Assembly: GCA_034226945.1 (NCBI GenBank)
Contig: CP120462.1
Coordinates: forward strand, 372,001 to 436,000
DNA length: 64,000 nt
From: Picochlorum sp. SENEW3
Taxonomy: Eukaryota
Direction of reading: 5' to 3'
The notes below the pieces were generated by a model that searched no databases, was not told the origin of the DNA, and saw nothing but the letters and a program-made list of their open reading frames with translations. Shown here piece by piece: positions 45,287 through 55,752 of the stretch. The position numbers and the translations under genes were made by a program. How positions within the stretch are numbered: the first letter of the stretch is position 1; each line of letters begins with the position of its first letter.

Positions 45287-47440
45287 TCATACCAAAATTG
45301 CTTCGATATTTTCATATCCTGGAAAATTCTTTCTGTGTTCATTCCAAAGGTCTCTCGCGTTATTATAAAAGATCTCGTGATAATGAGATACCTGCTCCTC
45401 AGTTGGAAGCTCACCATGCAGACGTGGTGGTTTTATGGGCCTTCCTATGATGAATTTCAACCCGTGCCGAGATGGAAACGGCAAGACACCAAACTTCCCA
45501 CCAATTAAATATGGCAATGGAAATCCAAGTACTTTATACGTCCACCTATGCAGCCGTGGTGTATCAATAAAATTCCTTAGGCTGGTAACTTCTCCAAACA
45601 CAATGATTGGGACAAGATGTGCTCCTTCCTGTAATGCAAGCCTTACAAACCCCTTGTGTCCGCTATAAAATGCACAGTGACCTGACGTACTTGATGCTTT
45701 CAACCATGATTGTCGGGGGAATCTATGCGTCTCCACCAGCTCTGCTTGCCCTCCAGGAACAAGAATGAGAGACTTTCTCTCCCAAAGCGTTCTTTTGAAC
45801 GTCGACCTTGTCACTTCACGCAGTCCAGTCCATAAAAGCAAGTCTCGAAGTACTGGAAGCTGAAATACAATCGATGCTGACAGCGTGGCCGGTTTAATAT
45901 CCGGAAACAGGTTTCTAAAAGATGGTAGAATTGGTAGATATGCAGCACCCAAAGGATACAAACCATGCGGAAGATATCCAAACACGTATGATTGATCTGG
46001 ATGAAACGTTGCACCTTGTTCCACTTGTACGCTCAAACTACCAAACCACATGGGTAATACTCTCTCTGCCTCGCCTCCCAACCACTTTTGAAATGCAGGC
46101 CATTCTCGCGAACCAGTCTTTTCAGCAAACCCAATACCTGTTACCATGTAGTATATTGGCAGTATACCAATCCATAGTACTAGAGCAGTGAGTGGTTGTA
46201 CTATAAAGAAGGATGAAACAATCACAGCCAGCGTGATGTGCATGGGAATATACAGAATACTCATCACAAGAATATGTTGAGCACCCAGTGATACTCTGTG
46301 CCATATAGTACTGATTGGTTCCTTTCCTCTGACCAGGTTCCTTGCATTGAAAAATAACAAGGACAATGCTAGAACACATTCAGCAATAAGGGCAGTGACA
46401 CCCGCTGTTATAGTGAGGGAATGCATCTGGAAGTAGATGAAATTCTGGGCAAACTCTGCTGTCCGGGTGATTGCAACCGCAATCATAACGAACAATACCG
46501 CAAGCGCAGATGACATTAAAACCCACCCAGTCGCCTGAGTAGCAACAAAGATTGCTCCACCCTTGAATGGCATCCAGAACTTCCATTGGCCTTGTCTGCT
46601 CCTTGTCAACCTCTGAGCATCCCCAACAGGAAAGCTACCCGAGATATCATCCGACTCGGAATCCACCTTGGACGTATGACGTAACAATCCACCCAATCCG
46701 TGAATTGTAAATGCTGATAGGATGAAGCAGATGACAGAAAATATATAACACGCCGTACCCAACGGTGTACCCAAGCCACCATGCAAAGGCTGAGCAAACA
46801 GCAACCCTACGCCAACCAAGGACCACAGCAACCCAAGAATAACAACAACATACGATGCTGCTAGCTTTGAAGGAAGGCAACTCACATCCCATTCAATTGT
46901 CTGCTGTGCATCTTTCCACTGCCTCCACCACCATGCCCTGGTACCAGTCATACCTCTCCGATGCGATGCAGATTTGGGATCAAACACCAGAATAGACTTT
47001 ACCATAAATGCCACGCTCATTGGTGCACTAAACAAAGCCATCGCACCCAAGACATTGTATACATGCAAGCTAAAGATATCATCATCTGTCCACAACCCAC
47101 ACGGGGGAATCCCCTCTGAGTATCCATCCCAGCAAGGAATCTGAATCGCCCCCTTCCCGATCAATAAACTAATACAGAGCAAGATCCAGCTCAATGCCTG
47201 AAACACCAATGTCCTAGGCCCACCAGCAAAAGGAAATTGAAACCCAGCTTTCAACACAGTCAACCCCCTTTTGACAACACCCTCTGGCCCATGCTTTGGT
47301 GTCGTACACAGCGTCGCCAGCACATGAAGAATAGGAACCAAGCATAGAAACACCAGCCACACGACAGAGAGCTGGACTTTTTCATTCATCGCCAATGCCA
47401 CACACGTGTACTCTCGACTGAACAAAGACACGAAAGTCAA
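45287..47440 (-). CDS. Type-2 diacylglycerol acyltransferase (DGAT2/DGTT family) with long multi-TM N-terminal extension
   Basis: YVFGYLPHG, LVPGGQAE, KGFVRLAL..GA.LVP...FGE, IGRPI. Confidence 0.88.
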   Translation of the reverse strand: MTFVSLFSREYTCVALAMNEKVQLSVVWLVFLCLVPILHVLATLCTTPKHGPEGVVKRGLTVLKAGFQFPFAGGPRTLVFQALSWILLCISLLIGKGAIQIPCWDGYSEGIPPCGLWTDDDIFSLHVYNVLGAMALFSAPMSVAFMVKSILVFDPKSASHRRGMTGTRAWWWRQWKDAQQTIEWDVSCLPSKLAASYVVVILGLLWSLVGVGLLFAQPLHGGLGTPLGTACYIFSVICFILSAFTIHGLGGLLRHTSKVDSESDDISGSFPVGDAQRLTRSRQGQWKFWMPFKGGAIFVATQATGWVLMSSALAVLFVMIAVAITRTAEFAQNFIYFQMHSLTITAGVTALIAECVLALSLLFFNARNLVRGKEPISTIWHRVSLGAQHILVMSILYIPMHITLAVIVSSFFIVQPLTALVLWIGILPIYYMVTGIGFAEKTGSREWPAFQKWLGGEAERVLPMWFGSLSVQVEQGATFHPDQSYVFGYLPHGLYPLGAAYLPILPSFRNLFPDIKPATLSASIVFQLPVLRDLLLWTGLREVTRSTFKRTLWERKSLILVPGGQAELVETHRFPRQSWLKASSTSGHCAFYSGHKGFVRLALQEGAHLVPIIVFGEVTSLRNFIDTPRLHRWTYKVLGFPLPYLIGGKFGVLPFPSRHGLKFIIGRPIKPPRLHGELPTEEQVSHYHEIFYNNARDLWNEHRKNFPGYENIEAILV

Positions 47441-47805
47441 ACCTCACAACCCACTCAACCCGAACAGTTCTCTGGCTCTAATATCTCGTAAATCCTATAG
47501 AATGTCCCATATATCATTAAATAAAGCTTCAAAGCACCTACAGATCAGAGTCACGTGTCAGGAGTGGATCGGTCATGTTGGGCCCACCCTCGAAACGTCA
47601 CGTGTGATCTCATATCTGTTTCCCCTATTACAAAATCGCTGAAATGTAAGATATAGTCGATATCCGAGTTCATTGGCGTCATATTAGACATGTGCCACGT
47701 GGCTGATTGGTGTTCTATTTACGGAGATCTCTGGTCATGTTCCGATCCCAGGATACAGCAGGACGATGAGCTTCCACTATGCATGGAAAATTTGTCTTTG
47801 TAGAT

Positions 47806-50403
47806 ATGGATTCGAAACAGGTGGAAACTGCTGGTCCATCTGGGCCGGAGCAGCGAGTGGAACGAGTTGGAAAGAGAAATGCTGTGGTCCAAATGGAGAT
47901 ATTTCAACGTGATGACTACAGGAAAAAGTTGAAAGATGTTGTCGAGTTCTTGAAAGGTTCAGTGACCGAGTTTTCCTACGACGAGAGGAGTGTGGCAGTG
48001 TTGCTTGGGGGAATGCAGCAGTTTTTAGAGTCTGCTTACGGAAAAGATGCTCTCAGTAAACCTTTTCCGAAGCTTCCATTGAATTTATTTAGAGATATTC
48101 GTCCAGGTGGAGCTGTGGCTGCGATAGCGAAAGTATGTGCGGGGTCTTTGAAGCAGAAGAAGCAGAGAAGGATTGACTGGATGTCTCCAGCGAACAGGAA
48201 GGAGAATATGGAGCTGATATCCCGTGTGAGGCAGGAACTTTTACGTGGTGGATTTATGAGGAATCCAAAGGTGTATATGCATCCGAGTTTACGGCCGGAT
48301 TCGTCGTCGCGGTTGAGAAATATTGTTGTGAAGATGGGTGCTCAGTTGGCGCAGTCTGAAAAGGAGAGTGGTATTACTCATATTGTGTTTCCGAATTCGG
48401 AAACGATTGCGCAGGAGGACGGTGAAGAGTATTTACGGACAATTGAAGTGGATGGTGATCTTGCGAGAATTCATTGGTGGTTCCTTCCCGACTCGTATAA
48501 TGAATGGATTCCTGTTGGCTCGGCTCCAGGGGAGGTGGATCCGGATGAGCCTCCTCCGAATTCGAGGCCGTGGCAGGTGTATGAGCGCTGGTTGGTAGAT
48601 AGTGAGAAATATAACGAATGGATGAATGAGGGTGACTACGAGACTGAAGAATCAGCCGAGATGAATAAGAAGCTGAGAGAGCAGCAAGCTCAAGGGAAGG
48701 GAGCAGGTGAGACTGGACATGGGGACATGGGTGAGGGTCCTCAGAGAAAAAAGACGAAAAAGGAGATTCGATTGGCAGAAATTGCTGCCGAAGTGGCTCC
48801 TGGAGCGAAGCGTGTGATTTCAGCAGGTGTGATTGAGAGAGAGGTTGTGCATGTGAATAAAAAGGCTATTGAAGGGCAGGGACCTACGATTGATTTGTCT
48901 CATGGATATCGACAGCAATGGATGGGGACACCATGCACAGTGGAGGCGCAGGATACTGATGAGAAGAGACATGTCATTCCATTTGCTGCATCTTGGTTTG
49001 ATATGTCGAAGCTTGATCAGATTGAAGTGAGGGAATTCTTTGAATTTCGAAAGAAATTCTCAGGATTGTGGTGGCCAGAGTATTTAACCATTCGAAATGC
49101 AATCATCTCGCAGTTCCGCCAAAATCCGACACGAAAATTATCGTTCAGAGATGTATCGTCAAACTTCCACATGGATGCTTTGATTGTATTGAAAATTTTC
49201 AAGTTTCTAGAAAAGTGGGGCATCATAAACTACTTTGATTTGGGCGGTACAGGATATCATCCAGGAAAGAAATACGATATGTCACATCATGCAGGTATGG
49301 AAGCTCTTAAAGTCCGACAGCATCCAGTGTCAATGGAGTGGGCCCTCAGTACGTGGGTGTCTGGTGGTAGAAGCTCAAAGAGCAAGCTACGGCATGCTAC
49401 TCTGTCCCGGCAAAACATTCTTCCCACTGGCCAAATCATTCCTCAGGAAAAGGGCGTCTTTTGCGCTGTGCGCCCATGGGTAGATTGCACCTCGGATAGG
49501 TATGTATGCAAATCTGATGAATCGATATGCATATGCCCAGATGCGTTCCATAATGGCGAGTTTCCACCTGGGACATCAGCAAGGGATTTCACCAGGTGCC
49601 AAAACTCCAACACTCCAGCTGCCACTTCATCAGGAAGAAAGCCGTGGAGTCCACAGGACGACTACTTGCTATTAGAAGCAATTTTCAAGCATAAAGAAAA
49701 TCATAACAATACCACGCTATATAATTGGAAGGAAATAGCCAAGGCAGTCGGTGGAAAATCCGAGGCAGAATGTGTCCAACGGTTTTTAGAGTTTCCCATC
49801 GAAGAATCACTCATTGCTGCTGCGTTGGATCTTGAAGAACACTTTCCATCGCTTACATTAGGTTCTGATGGAACTCCTAGTATCCCCGAACGATATTATA
49901 GAGCTCCAATCAACAGCCGTGATATTGAAGGCACCAAGGATTTGAACCCATTGACCAGCAATCTCATCATCCTTCTCAACGTTATTGGTCCCGAGATTGC
50001 CAGTATAGCTGCTCATCAAGCCCTGGAAACAGTGCTCACATCAGAAGAAGCGCAGGATGGCGCATCTCCAGACACAAAAGAGAAAAAGAAGAGCATGCGA
50101 TTTGGTGTGAACATTGACATTCTTCGCAAAGCGAGCTTTGAAGGCATTAAAAATGCCGCCATCAGAGCGCAAGACCTTGCACACGAGAAATTCCAAGGAA
50201 TACAAACTGTTATTTTAGATATGGCAGATGTACAACTACAACGTCTGTGGGAAAAGTGTGACTATGCAGCATCTCTTGAACAGGTTATTGCAGAAGAAAC
50301 AGACATGGCTGTTGCCAAAAAATCAAAAGTCAAGGAAAAAGTGGCAGACTTGGACAAAGAATTGAGCAAACAGATTCATGCAGATATCAAAGAGGAACCC
50401 TAA
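47806..50403 (+). CDS. SWI3/SMARCC SWI/SNF subunit (N-terminal chromo-like module, SWIRM, ZZ-like, SANT, coiled coil); start uncertain
   Basis: HWWFLPDSYNEW, YNEWMNEGDYE, IPFAASWF..FLEKWGIINY, WSPQDDYLLLEAI..W..IA..VG.KS..ECV..FL..PIE. Confidence 0.88.
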   Translation: MDSKQVETAGPSGPEQRVERVGKRNAVVQMEIFQRDDYRKKLKDVVEFLKGSVTEFSYDERSVAVLLGGMQQFLESAYGKDALSKPFPKLPLNLFRDIRPGGAVAAIAKVCAGSLKQKKQRRIDWMSPANRKENMELISRVRQELLRGGFMRNPKVYMHPSLRPDSSSRLRNIVVKMGAQLAQSEKESGITHIVFPNSETIAQEDGEEYLRTIEVDGDLARIHWWFLPDSYNEWIPVGSAPGEVDPDEPPPNSRPWQVYERWLVDSEKYNEWMNEGDYETEESAEMNKKLREQQAQGKGAGETGHGDMGEGPQRKKTKKEIRLAEIAAEVAPGAKRVISAGVIEREVVHVNKKAIEGQGPTIDLSHGYRQQWMGTPCTVEAQDTDEKRHVIPFAASWFDMSKLDQIEVREFFEFRKKFSGLWWPEYLTIRNAIISQFRQNPTRKLSFRDVSSNFHMDALIVLKIFKFLEKWGIINYFDLGGTGYHPGKKYDMSHHAGMEALKVRQHPVSMEWALSTWVSGGRSSKSKLRHATLSRQNILPTGQIIPQEKGVFCAVRPWVDCTSDRYVCKSDESICICPDAFHNGEFPPGTSARDFTRCQNSNTPAATSSGRKPWSPQDDYLLLEAIFKHKENHNNTTLYNWKEIAKAVGGKSEAECVQRFLEFPIEESLIAAALDLEEHFPSLTLGSDGTPSIPERYYRAPINSRDIEGTKDLNPLTSNLIILLNVIGPEIASIAAHQALETVLTSEEAQDGASPDTKEKKKSMRFGVNIDILRKASFEGIKNAAIRAQDLAHEKFQGIQTVILDMADVQLQRLWEKCDYAASLEQVIAEETDMAVAKKSKVKEKVADLDKELSKQIHADIKEEP

Positions 50404-50422
50404 TCATGTACATTATACATTA

Positions 50423-51355
50423 TCATTCATCATCGCCTCTGTCTTCTTCTTCTTCTTCTTCCAGGACTGTCGTCTCCAGAACAGCTCTGGTATCAGCCGA
50501 CACCTGACACACCACACGACTACCCTTCCTCTCTGGTCTATTCAATGCATCTAAACCAACCTCAGACACCATCCACGTGTTCTGATGCACACTTCCATCC
50601 ACACACGGATAGCATCCATACATGGTATGCAACCACCGCTTCAACACATAATAAAACCTCGGAGGCTCTTGCATAGACTGTGACAAACACGTGGCTCCCA
50701 ACACCGGAACATCCTCATACCGTTCGTGATACGTCAGAGCATCGGCAACAATGGCCAATGCTCGACACAACAAAATCTCCACCGTCACAGCACTAGAATG
50801 TGCCCTATTCTCATTCCCACCACGCTGCCCAAGAAGCCTCGGAATAATCGCATGCGACGAATCAACAATACGCTCAAGTCCATGAAACAATATCATTCGC
50901 GGCATGGTCCCGTACTGCTGCACCTCCAACATGTGCAAGGCAGACCCCAACCGAATCACATCATACAATGTCTCCACATACTTGATCCTAACCCTATCCA
51001 AAATGCCCTCCCGCATCGACCCTATAATCCCTGAATCACTCTCTTTCATAATACTTTTCGAGGTAATGATCCAGATCAGCTCACCGCGACCTCCCCGCTT
51101 TCTCTCATATGACTGACACACCCTCACCAACAACCCCAGCAGCACTCTCCAATCAGACCCACACAGGACAAAGGAATCCATCCCATAAAATCCTGACGAT
51201 ACAGAACACGGTTCCTGAATATTGCTTTGATCCGTTCCTGAATCATGCTCAAGGGATGAGGGACCAAGAGCTCGAGCTTGCTTTCCTGTGGCAGACCCTG
51301 CTGTTGTTGTTGTTGTTCTTGTCGTTGTCGTCGTATCAAACCATGTCGCATCCAT
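50423..51355 (-). CDS. SWSAP1-like divergent RAD51/RecA-fold protein (tentative)
   Basis: LDRVRIKYVET....I....LH......PRMILFHGLE resembles the SWSAP1 core; no canonical Walker A. Confidence 0.5.
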   Translation of the reverse strand: MDATWFDTTTTTRTTTTTAGSATGKQARALGPSSLEHDSGTDQSNIQEPCSVSSGFYGMDSFVLCGSDWRVLLGLLVRVCQSYERKRGGRGELIWIITSKSIMKESDSGIIGSMREGILDRVRIKYVETLYDVIRLGSALHMLEVQQYGTMPRMILFHGLERIVDSSHAIIPRLLGQRGGNENRAHSSAVTVEILLCRALAIVADALTYHERYEDVPVLGATCLSQSMQEPPRFYYVLKRWLHTMYGCYPCVDGSVHQNTWMVSEVGLDALNRPERKGSRVVCQVSADTRAVLETTVLEEEEEEDRGDDE

Positions 51356-51825
51356 GCCTATATATCCTTCTCTCGCTCGCTCGCTCTATCATGAAATATT
51401 TAATACATACAATCATGATGAATGATAGTTTCTGGATATCTGGATGATTTGAAATCCCATGCTCGTACATTAATAAGACATTTAAAAATTCCTAATGCAG
51501 GTACCAACGTGGGTACCTCTGTCGCGCTCAATTGACCGACAGCCCCACCAATACCCATTGGGTTCACTCCCACCCCACAGCCATACCAATTTCTACATAT
51601 ACCGAATCAGGAGATACACGGACGTGATACATTGAGTAACAAGGTGACATTGTTGGTGTCGAAGAAACCCTGTCACTCACCCAGGCATTCGTTTCTTCCT
51701 TTTTTGGTGTACAGCGTATTCTACTACACACAGACGTCTTATCAAGCACTATAAAACGATTTAGTGGCACTGCTGTGGCGAGAACGACAGCATTAGAGGT
51801 GTACCTGACTGGAAGGGACAACAGT

Positions 51826-52242
51826 ATGCCAGTCGTGTTCAAACAGTTCCTGTCTGGGGACTCGATATACACGTGCGAATCATGTGGAACGCACACTGCA
51901 GATCACCAAGAGTTGGTGTCCAAGGCATTCCAGGGGAGGCATGGGAGGGCGTATTTGTTTAGTAATGTTGTCAATGTGACAGAGGGGACGGTGGAGGAGC
52001 GAATGTTGATTACTGGCTTGCACACCGTGTGTGATATTCAGTGTAGTACGTGCGGGAATGTGTTGGGTTGGAAATATGAGACGGCGTATGAGCAGAGCCA
52101 GAAGTATAAGGAGGGCAAGTTTATATTAGAAAAGGCCAAGGTGGTTATGGTGGTTGAGGAGGAGACTGCCAATGGGGATGGGCGGGTGCGCCGAGTGCTA
52201 CATCATCACAATGATGATGATGACGATGACGACGATTATTGA
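51826..52242 (+). CDS. Yippee-like zinc-binding protein
   Basis: [30 protein letters not shown]...[14 protein letters not shown]. Confidence 0.95.
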   Translation: MPVVFKQFLSGDSIYTCESCGTHTADHQELVSKAFQGRHGRAYLFSNVVNVTEGTVEERMLITGLHTVCDIQCSTCGNVLGWKYETAYEQSQKYKEGKFILEKAKVVMVVEEETANGDGRVRRVLHHHNDDDDDDDDY

Positions 52243-52383
52243 TTGTCATCGTTGTATACTTACAAAAGCACCTATATTCATATATTCATTCATTCATTGC
52301 TCGTTTTTTTCCTCATCATGTGTTTAATCAATACTACTACTACTGCTGCCCTGACTACAGGGCGTATTCCATGTGTGTTTATT

Positions 52384-52896
52384 TTATTGTAGTCTTTTTT
52401 CTTCCTGTTCTGATTGTTTTTTCGGCATGCGAAGAGACTCCAACTGCGCTTCCAACGCATTCATCCTATCTTCCAACCGAGCCAAAAGGTGATCAGAGTC
52501 TTCTGCCCTCGCAGCCTCCTTCTTCTTCTCCTCCGGATCGAGAGGCACTGCCGTCGAGTCATGAGGATCCTCATCATTGGCATTCAGCTTGGACTTGGAT
52601 CCATCACTATCCTGCTTGGACTCGTGTGTCGATTCGATATACTGTGCAGTCACATAGATGCCCAGAGCTGGAAATGTGGCAGCAATGCCTTGCCACACAT
52701 GCCATTTCCAGCTCTTCCACGGTGCCTTGCCTCCATCCTCAAGAACAATATCCAAACTCTTCATACCCCCATACAAACGTTCATCCCGTGCTTTAACAGC
52801 ATCATCATGTCCATTCCTAGACTGAGAACTCGTTCTCCGTGCAGACCCAGGTATGTGGACATATAACAATCGCCTCAGCGACCGATTGGATTGCAT
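52384..52896 (-). CDS. Hypothetical single-TM, coiled-coil protein
   Basis: 170-aa ORF with ATG, presequence-like start, hydrophobic segment and C-terminal coiled coil. Confidence 0.55.
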   Translation of the reverse strand: MQSNRSLRRLLYVHIPGSARRTSSQSRNGHDDAVKARDERLYGGMKSLDIVLEDGGKAPWKSWKWHVWQGIAATFPALGIYVTAQYIESTHESKQDSDGSKSKLNANDEDPHDSTAVPLDPEEKKKEAARAEDSDHLLARLEDRMNALEAQLESLRMPKKQSEQEEKRLQ

Positions 52897-53114
52897 TTGT
52901 TAATTCTTCAATGCTATAGTACGAATGAATGCATCCGGTAGTATTATTGTTATTGTTTCTGACTCCGTTCACTACCCACAGTGGAACGGGGAAGATGATT
53001 TTAATTTTCTACTTCTTTTTTCTTTTACACACAGCGAACAATATTAGCACTAATTATTTCCATACTATAATAACAATAATAATTATAATTATAAGTAAAA
53101 AACTACTACTGTAT

Positions 53115-54293
53115 TTACGATAGTTGAATACTGCAGATGCCGTCTTTGCAGGATTTCAAATTCTCATTCCACACCCGTTCCCAATTTTGATACCACCTGG
53201 TGCCATTGCCCATACCATACCGATCAATCAGTCTGACAAGTTCCAACACATCAGGTTTCACCTTTTCTATCAACCTTCTGTACACCTTTTCCCTCATAGG
53301 CCATCCTTCTGGCTGAATACGACAATGCCTACAATTAGCATCACCAAAATCAAGTTCATTGGGGAGTCCATCTACAGACACACCAATAAACTCCTTGAGT
53401 CGAATCAATTCCTCAGACTGCCTCTCTCCCACTAAATCTTCATACTGAACTAGATGAAGTTGCTCCTTGGGGAAATTATCCAGCCACGCTTTGAGCGGAT
53501 GAGAGTAGTATGATTTCTTTGGGTTGCCCATAATGGGGGTCTTGTCTCGAGTCAAACAATAGGTCAAGGTATTATTGGTCATGCAACTGTCAATCTGTTT
53601 ATCCCACAACATGACGTATTTGGATATAGAGCGACTAATTGGCTCTCTCATGCTCGAAATAAGCCTGACCCAAGGCATGAGATCATACATGGTTTCTGCA
53701 AACACTGGCCCAAGATCCATGATTCGTGGTGTTGCTTCAAACACGGCGCGCTGGCCGCGAGACTTTTGACTGAATCCTTTTGCTCTGAGAAAATCTTGAA
53801 TATACTCACGAACGCGTTCATCTGGGCAGTCCATTCGCTTTCCCTCGAAGGAACATCTGTCAGTAAACAGACTGGCTTCCTTCACCTTTGGCACAATCAC
53901 CTCTGGGTGGTGGATCAGATATTTGTACAGACTCGTACTCGCCGATTTTGAATACCCAGCAATAATAAAGTGAGGAAAGTTGAACCGCGCATCGCCGCGA
54001 GGCTGAAGGTGAGCATCGCGAACGCATTTCAATGTCTCACATGTTGGTAAAGCTTCCAAAAAGGGCAAATCCCGTGGAAACCTCCATGTCATATTCTTCC
54101 CTCGCGTGATATACTTTGTCTCATCTTCCTGTACTCGTCGTATAGAGGTATCAAATGTTGGCTTTGCATTCTTTGCTGGAGCATCCTCCAGGCGACTCTT
54201 GCTCTCTGTGTCGTCACTGAACGATGTAGACATGTATCGCCCAACCGTCTCTGTCCTCTCCAGAGTCAGCACCGACAACCTGCACGCATACAC
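53115..54293 (-). CDS. PAPS-dependent sulfotransferase (heparan-sulfate O-sulfotransferase-like fold); 5' exon(s) unresolved
   Basis: 5'-PSB-like PHFIIAGYSKSASTSLY..L..HP, FEATP, 3'-PB-like MREPISRSIS, YEDL. Confidence 0.82.
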   Translation of the reverse strand: MYACRLSVLTLERTETVGRYMSTSFSDDTESKSRLEDAPAKNAKPTFDTSIRRVQEDETKYITRGKNMTWRFPRDLPFLEALPTCETLKCVRDAHLQPRGDARFNFPHFIIAGYSKSASTSLYKYLIHHPEVIVPKVKEASLFTDRCSFEGKRMDCPDERVREYIQDFLRAKGFSQKSRGQRAVFEATPRIMDLGPVFAETMYDLMPWVRLISSMREPISRSISKYVMLWDKQIDSCMTNNTLTYCLTRDKTPIMGNPKKSYYSHPLKAWLDNFPKEQLHLVQYEDLVGERQSEELIRLKEFIGVSVDGLPNELDFGDANCRHCRIQPEGWPMREKVYRRLIEKVKPDVLELVRLIDRYGMGNGTRWYQNWERVWNENLKSCKDGICSIQLS

Positions 54294-54777
54294 ATCCTAT
54301 CATTGTGCTCTATATCGTTTAATAATGAATTAAAAATACTCACCATAGCACAATGATTGCCATGAAAAAGAACTGGCCCATACTTGAGCGAGCCGTTCCC
54401 GCCCCACTGGGAGACTGAGCACCCAATGGGGACCCGTATTTGGTCGGTGACCCCATGTACTATGTATATATACAATAAAGACTATATCTTGGTGGTATAG
54501 TCTCCAGAGAAGCAACCCGGATGCGTGACCTTGATAGTCAGATCTCCGTTGCGCTGAGGACCCCAGGTATCGTTTTCTCTGGTTGTATATATGGGGTTGT
54601 CTTCGTATTATTTTAAATATAATTTATATAGTAATAGTAGTAGTAGTGCGAATAATGCTATGAATGAGATGATGGAGCGCATTGGCATCATGGTGGTTGG
54701 TTGCGCCCTCTGTACTGCGAGCCAGGAGGTGGCGCCCATACATGCATAGGCTACTAATAGCACTGCTAGTACTATTC

Positions 54778-55533
54778 TCAAAATGGCGGAGGAGGAGGTG
54801 GCGGATCATAATCTGTCGCCGCAAATGTTGAATCTTTTACTTCTGGGGCTCCAGCGAACATTTCATCGAAACCAAGAATCCGTGGAATGGCAAACTGCGT
54901 CATCAAGGAGATGCAAAAGATGGGATTCATTCATCGACAATCAATCAATCTATATGGACATACCTGAAGAACCTGCTGGATGACTCGTAGTTCAGCATTG
55001 GATACTGCAGTATCATAGCGAGATGTCACCACACCACCAGCGGACTTGTCATTTACATAGAGACTGAAAAAGTATCCAGAGTCTCTCGCCGGTGAAAACT
55101 TGAGGGTCTTGGTCACAGCCCCTTGGGCAGACCCCATTCTGTTGGGGTCGTGGAAGAAGGATCGCTCAGTCGACGTCTCTATAGCCTCGAGAATATCACC
55201 ACACTCCACCGCATTCATAGCAAATGTGCCCTTGTTGTCCCAATCGTACACTCGCTCTCCCTTGGACTGGGCAAACTCTAGCAGCACTGTTCCTTCTCTG
55301 GATACTCTGATGCCACTCCCGGTCGATATTCGTTCCCAAGTGGGTTTGATAAGCTTGAGAGACATGGCACCTCGTCCTTTGTATACCGTGTATGCCGTGT
55401 ATACGTTGATCTTGCTTACATCAGCGTCGAATGCTGCTGCCCGAGTGGTGAAGAGTCTGGTCACCCTACCGACAGTGCGCTGAGCTTTGGATGGATTCTG
55501 TAATCGCAATCGCTGAATCAGTGATTGAGCCAT
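54778..55533 (-). CDS. Whirly organellar ssDNA-binding protein; predicted intron about 54895-54963
   Basis: YTVYKGRGAM, REG.VLLEFA, R.YDW..K..F, FFHDP; last exon FAIPRILGF. Confidence 0.9.
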
Positions 55534-55752
55534 ACCGATACTAAATATGTTTAGGCAATAATATTCCTATGTGGATGAAAGAAGACTCGCTGCTAAAGTG
55601 TTTGTTTCTGACGATTTCTTTTTCTTCCTTCTGACGAAGTCGTTCAAAACATGCTCCCGCTACTATCCTTTTTCTGGCAGATCTGAACAGTTTTATATTA
55701 CTACTATTTAATAAAAGATTAGTATGAGAATAGGGATCAGGTAAGATGATGG

